Position numbers and translations under genes: made by a program | Shown: one piece after another, positions 61,444 through 64,000 of the stretch | How positions within the stretch are numbered: the first letter of the stretch is position 1 | How the letters are laid out: each line of letters starts with the position of its first letter | Notes under the pieces: generated by a model | The model's input: the letters and a program-made list of their open reading frames with translations, nothing else | What the model was told of the DNA's origin: nothing | The model's database searches: none | IMG/VR virus record: IMGVR_UViG_3300045988_131228 | Location: 109,272-173,271 of that record | Direction: 5' to 3' (one strand) | DNA: 64,000 nucleotides | From: a virus

Positions 61444-61722
61444 CTATATATTCTCTACGCATTTCATAAATATTTTGGTTTCCATATCAAATGGATTACA
61501 GTCATAATAAAAGAGACATTTTGTAAAATTTTCTGCACACTGTAATATAAGTGTATCAATGTCTGTTGTATCCGAATCAAACAATTCAATATCTGCTCCA
61601 AATACTTTGCAAATATGCTCTTTTTTACTTTCATCATTTGTTATAACTAATTCCCAAAATTTTCCTTCTGGATAGGTATTTAAAACAAATCCTTTTTCTT
61701 TAAGCAAATTACCGTAGTTCAT
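61444..61722 (-). CDS. hypothetical phage protein (92 aa)
   Basis: ORF track; SD GGGAGG. Confidence 0.55.
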   Translation of the reverse strand: MNYGNLLKEKGFVLNTYPEGKFWELVITNDESKKEHICKVFGADIELFDSDTTDIDTLILQCAENFTKCLFYYDCNPFDMETKIFMKCVENI

Positions 61723-61754
61723 ATTCTAACCTCCCATAAAAGCAATTTTTCAAC

Positions 61755-61901
61755 TTATTCTACAATCTGTATAATATGAACATTTTCTTTTGGATAATTC
61801 ATCTTCAAACAATCATCTTTGAATTTTCTTGCAGCGTTCAATGTCATTTCATCACTCATCTGATAACCGCCACTATGTCCTTTATATATAACTCTATACA
61901 T
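61755..61901 (-). CDS. hypothetical small protein (48 aa)
   Basis: Own translation: MYRVIYKGHSGGYQMSDEMTLNAARKFKDDCLKMNYPKENVHIIQIVE; SD AAAGGAG. Confidence 0.45.
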   Translation of the reverse strand: MYRVIYKGHSGGYQMSDEMTLNAARKFKDDCLKMNYPKENVHIIQIVE

Positions 61902-61923
61902 ATCTATCACTCCTTTAAAACCG

Positions 61924-62115
61924 TCATTTTATGTTATTCTTAATCTTTTTTAATCTCTCTTGTGTTCCACCAAATTCGTAACACTTGCATGGTTGATTAT
62001 TAACAGATACATCTTTTCCGTACTTCTTTCCGAAGCATCTACCAAGCCATTCTTTTTTTCTACATAGCTGGCAGTTATGCTTATTTTGTCCTGGTGTAAT
62101 ATGCATCATTATCAT
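61924..62115 (-). CDS. Cys-rich basic small protein (63 aa)
   Basis: ORF track. Confidence 0.5.
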   Translation of the reverse strand: MIMMHITPGQNKHNCQLCRKKEWLGRCFGKKYGKDVSVNNQPCKCYEFGGTQERLKKIKNNIK

Positions 62116-62119
62116 CCTA

Positions 62120-62287
62120 TTAATTAGCTCTCATTATTTCAAATATCTTTTCCTTCAATACAAGCTGACAAGCAATTCCGTAATCTTTCATATCGGTGAT
62201 TGAAACATGGTTGTCCTCACAGAACTTCCTATAATCTGTAACTGCCTGATTGATCTTCTGCGGATCCAGACTTCCTACATGATCCAT
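62120..62287 (-). CDS. hypothetical small protein (55 aa from ATG), locally GC-richer
   Basis: Own translation: MDHVGSLDPQKINQAVTDYRKFCEDNHVSITDMKDYGIACQLVLKEKIFEIMRAN; no SD seen; the frame is open upstream to the stop of 62342..62698. Confidence 0.35.
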   Translation of the reverse strand: MDHVGSLDPQKINQAVTDYRKFCEDNHVSITDMKDYGIACQLVLKEKIFEIMRAN

Positions 62288-62341
62288 GATTAGATTTCGG
62301 CAATAATAGACATCGTGGTATATCAGCTTACTAGATATATA

Positions 62342-62698
62342 TTATTCATTTTCTAACTCCTGCAGCTTTTTCGTTGCTTCTGCTCTTGTTAAAAATACTG
62401 TTTCTCCAAAAGATTCTTTGTAAAATATGATGCTAGATGTTGAAAATTCAATTGTTGTGCTTAAAATTTTTATTGATTTTATTTTTCTCCCGCAAATATT
62501 TTCTCCGCTGATGATAAAAACTGAATCTCCGACTTTACACGGTAGTTTTAATAATAATCCCTGTTCTTCTAAATCTTCATATTCAGCAAGCTTAGTAAGA
62601 ATTTTGTCTGCAAACGATTTTAATAATCCATCTGTGATTTCTTCCTTTGCAATGCCCGTACCATCAATATTTCTTTCTCTTTCTGTTAATCTTTCCAT
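62342..62698 (-). CDS. hypothetical protein (118 aa), paralogue of 37616..38014
   Basis: ORF track; SD GAGAGGTGG. Confidence 0.55.
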   Translation of the reverse strand: MERLTERERNIDGTGIAKEEITDGLLKSFADKILTKLAEYEDLEEQGLLLKLPCKVGDSVFIISGENICGRKIKSIKILSTTIEFSTSSIIFYKESFGETVFLTRAEATKKLQELENE

Positions 62699-62866
62699 TA
62701 TTCCACCTCTCTTACTTCCTGATATATAATTTCCATATCGAAATTACTTTCAACATCTGCGTTCGTCTTCATTACGTTTACTGATAAATTCATCAAAACT
62801 CAATATTTCTGACATGTTTATCTTCCTTTTGTTTGAAAGTTAAATTTCAAACTACTTAATACTATT

Positions 62867-63064
62867 TTAACATTCTTCATACCACATATCACAAATTGCA
62901 CGAGTTAATTCAATCTGCATCATCCATGCTGCATTACATCCAAATCGTTATTCATATAATTCTTTTATTTTACCGATCCAAACATTCCAGTTTCTTCAAC
63001 TTTTAAAAATTCAGAATACAGTTTATGTAATTCTTCTTTAGTTTTAGTTTAAAAATATTTTCAT
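62867..63064 (-). pseudogene. decayed paralogue of 58249..58485 (premature stops and at least two frameshifts)
   Basis: Three-frame reading gives MKIFLN*, TKTKEELHKLYSEFLKVEETGMFGSVK*, and WMMQIELTRAICDMWYEEC*. Intact paralogue: NIFETKSKEELVKLYGEFLKVEEMGFFDS..TWMLQIELTHAIADLWYKENK. Confidence 0.7.
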
Positions 63065-63102
63065 TATTCGTAGTAAATATACCTCTATCATTTTATTTTT
63101 CT

Positions 63103-63405
63103 TTATTTAATGTTTTCAATTTCTTCCATTTTTTCTAAAAATAATTTCATTTCATTGACGGTAAGTCCAACAACAATATTTCTATCAGAAACCGTCTGAT
63201 AAGAATATAAAACATATTCATTAGAGATTAATTTCTTTGCAATATCAACTTTATGAATATATTTAGATTCTTCATTTTCTCTAACATATTCATATAAATT
63301 TTCGTTTTTTATTTTCTTTTTAAAACCGATTTCTAATAACTTTTCATCTATATTTTTACTCAAATATTCCTTCTCCAAATATTTCTTCTGGTTCTCGTTC
63401 TTCAA
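63103..63405 (-). CDS. hypothetical protein, paralogue of 46159..46458; probable start TTG 63363
   Basis: ORF track; the listed start overlaps the upstream gene by 50 nt. Confidence 0.5.
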   Translation of the reverse strand: MKNENQKKYLEKEYLSKNIDEKLLEIGFKKKIKNENLYEYVRENEESKYIHKVDIAKKLISNEYVLYSYQTVSDRNIVVGLTVNEMKLFLEKMEEIENIK

Positions 63406-63649
63406 ATTCAGACCATCTTATTTCTTCTGTATTAAAATCACTTTCTGTACATTTATCATCATCAAACAAAGAGATTTCACCATTACTATATAAATTCCAT
63501 ACTGCTTTTGAAATATTCTCTTTGGGATCATCAAATGACGGTAAATTATCCTTGTGTTCTTCAAGCCATTGTTTTACTTTCTCTACATCTTTGTCTGAAA
63601 GATGTACTGTGTACCATGTCATTCCAATAACTTCTATGTCCATTCCCAT
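63356..63649 (-). CDS. acidic hypothetical protein (97 aa)
   Basis: ORF track. Confidence 0.55.
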   Translation of the reverse strand: MGMDIEVIGMTWYTVHLSDKDVEKVKQWLEEHKDNLPSFDDPKENISKAVWNLYSNGEISLFDDDKCTESDFNTEEIRWSEFEEREPEEIFGEGIFE

Positions 63650-63679
63650 ATGATTTACCTGCTTAATTATTTATCAATA

Positions 63680-63886
63680 TTAATACCAACCATGATTATT
63701 AAATTCCCCATTTTTATAACCTTCAATATATTTATTTAATTGTTCTTTTGACATATCTCTTATAAAATTAACAGATCTTAAAAATTGTGAAAAATTCATC
63801 TTATTTTCTTTTAAAAAATCATGTAAAGGTTTCATTTCTTCCTCATGTTTATCAAATACAACTGCCATTTTATATCGTCCTTTCAT
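63680..63886 (-). CDS. hypothetical small protein; probable start ATG 63868
   Basis: ORF track; SD AAAGGA before the internal ATG (MAVVFDK..). Confidence 0.5.
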   Translation of the reverse strand: MKGRYKMAVVFDKHEEEMKPLHDFLKENKMNFSQFLRSVNFIRDMSKEQLNKYIEGYKNGEFNNHGWY

Positions 63887-63901
63887 ATTTTATTTATGAA
63901 A

Positions 63902-64000
63902 CTATTCTTTCATCTGCTTTTTATTTCTATATGATTCCATATACCATTCCAAAAAGTCACCATATAGATGTTTTTCCGCTTCTTTTCTGGCACTTGCAGC
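63902..64000 (-). CDS. 3' end of a gene that starts beyond the window end
   Basis: Own translation: ..AASARKEAEKHLYGDFLEWYMESYRNKKQMKE stop (TAG 63904..63902). Confidence 0.4.
   Translation of the reverse strand, partial: AASARKEAEKHLYGDFLEWYMESYRNKKQMKE

Noticed and set aside
6314-63912. Interpreting the junction element as canonical CcpA cre sites or parS sites.
   Set aside because: cre has 4 nt between the TGAAA and TTTCA halves, whereas here there are always 6. parS has the halves in the opposite (everted) order. Only a family resemblance remains.
1-64000. CRISPR arrays, rRNA genes, IS elements or transposases, and reverse transcriptase-based elements (retron, DGR).
   Set aside because: I saw no regularly spaced direct repeats of 25-40 bp, no rRNA-like conserved blocks, and no transposase or RT motifs in any listed or hand-translated ORF.

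Overview
The window is an AT-rich (about 70% A+T by eye) stretch of a large phage or prophage of a low-GC Gram-positive host, judged from GGAGG-type Shine-Dalgarno (SD) sites, TTGACA/TATAAT promoters and an EndoA-like MazF. About 140 tightly packed genes sit on the minus strand. The only plus-strand units I can support are one XRE regulator gene and one candidate small RNA. No virion or lysis genes are present.

**Layout**
- 1-8 kb: nucleotide metabolism. Class II ribonucleotide reductase (partial), 5'-nucleotidase, P-loop kinase, ThyX, an HPr-like protein, NAD-dependent ligase and a metallophosphoesterase.
- 8.6-17.1 kb: replication and recombination operon. ERCC4 nuclease, DnaE-type polymerase, Cas4-like exonuclease, primase-helicase, SSB and a Sak4-like ATPase.
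- 17-51 kb: small ORFan genes. Among them are an HNH-AP2 endonuclease, a DUF2829 (Tad2-family) protein, N6-adenine, C5-cytosine and generic SAM methyltransferases, a radical SAM plus SLOG cassette, and many Cys-rich mini-proteins.
- 51.6-55.9 kb: a ParB-like, Zn-protein and sigma-like::DUF262 fusion cluster ending at a tRNA(CAT).
- 56-61 kb: a regulatory and lysogeny-like module. It holds a candidate sRNA, a MazF-type toxin operon with a divergent XRE regulator, a tyrosine integrase, and an operator-controlled promoter with a small repressor.
- 61-64 kb: further ORFans, including paralogues and one decayed pseudogene.

**Main unexplained signals**
1. A 16-bp palindromic element, TGAAA-N6-TTTYA, occurs at more than 25 gene junctions and usually abuts the SD site.
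2. At least four well-supported genes can only start at ATA or ATT.
3. A complete C5-methyltransferase reading frame has no usable start codon.
4. The sigma::DUF262 cluster has an unusual domain architecture.
5. A non-coding locus has convergent promoters and a strong plus-strand terminator.

All coordinates and translations of unlisted ORFs were derived by hand from the sequence. No database search was run.
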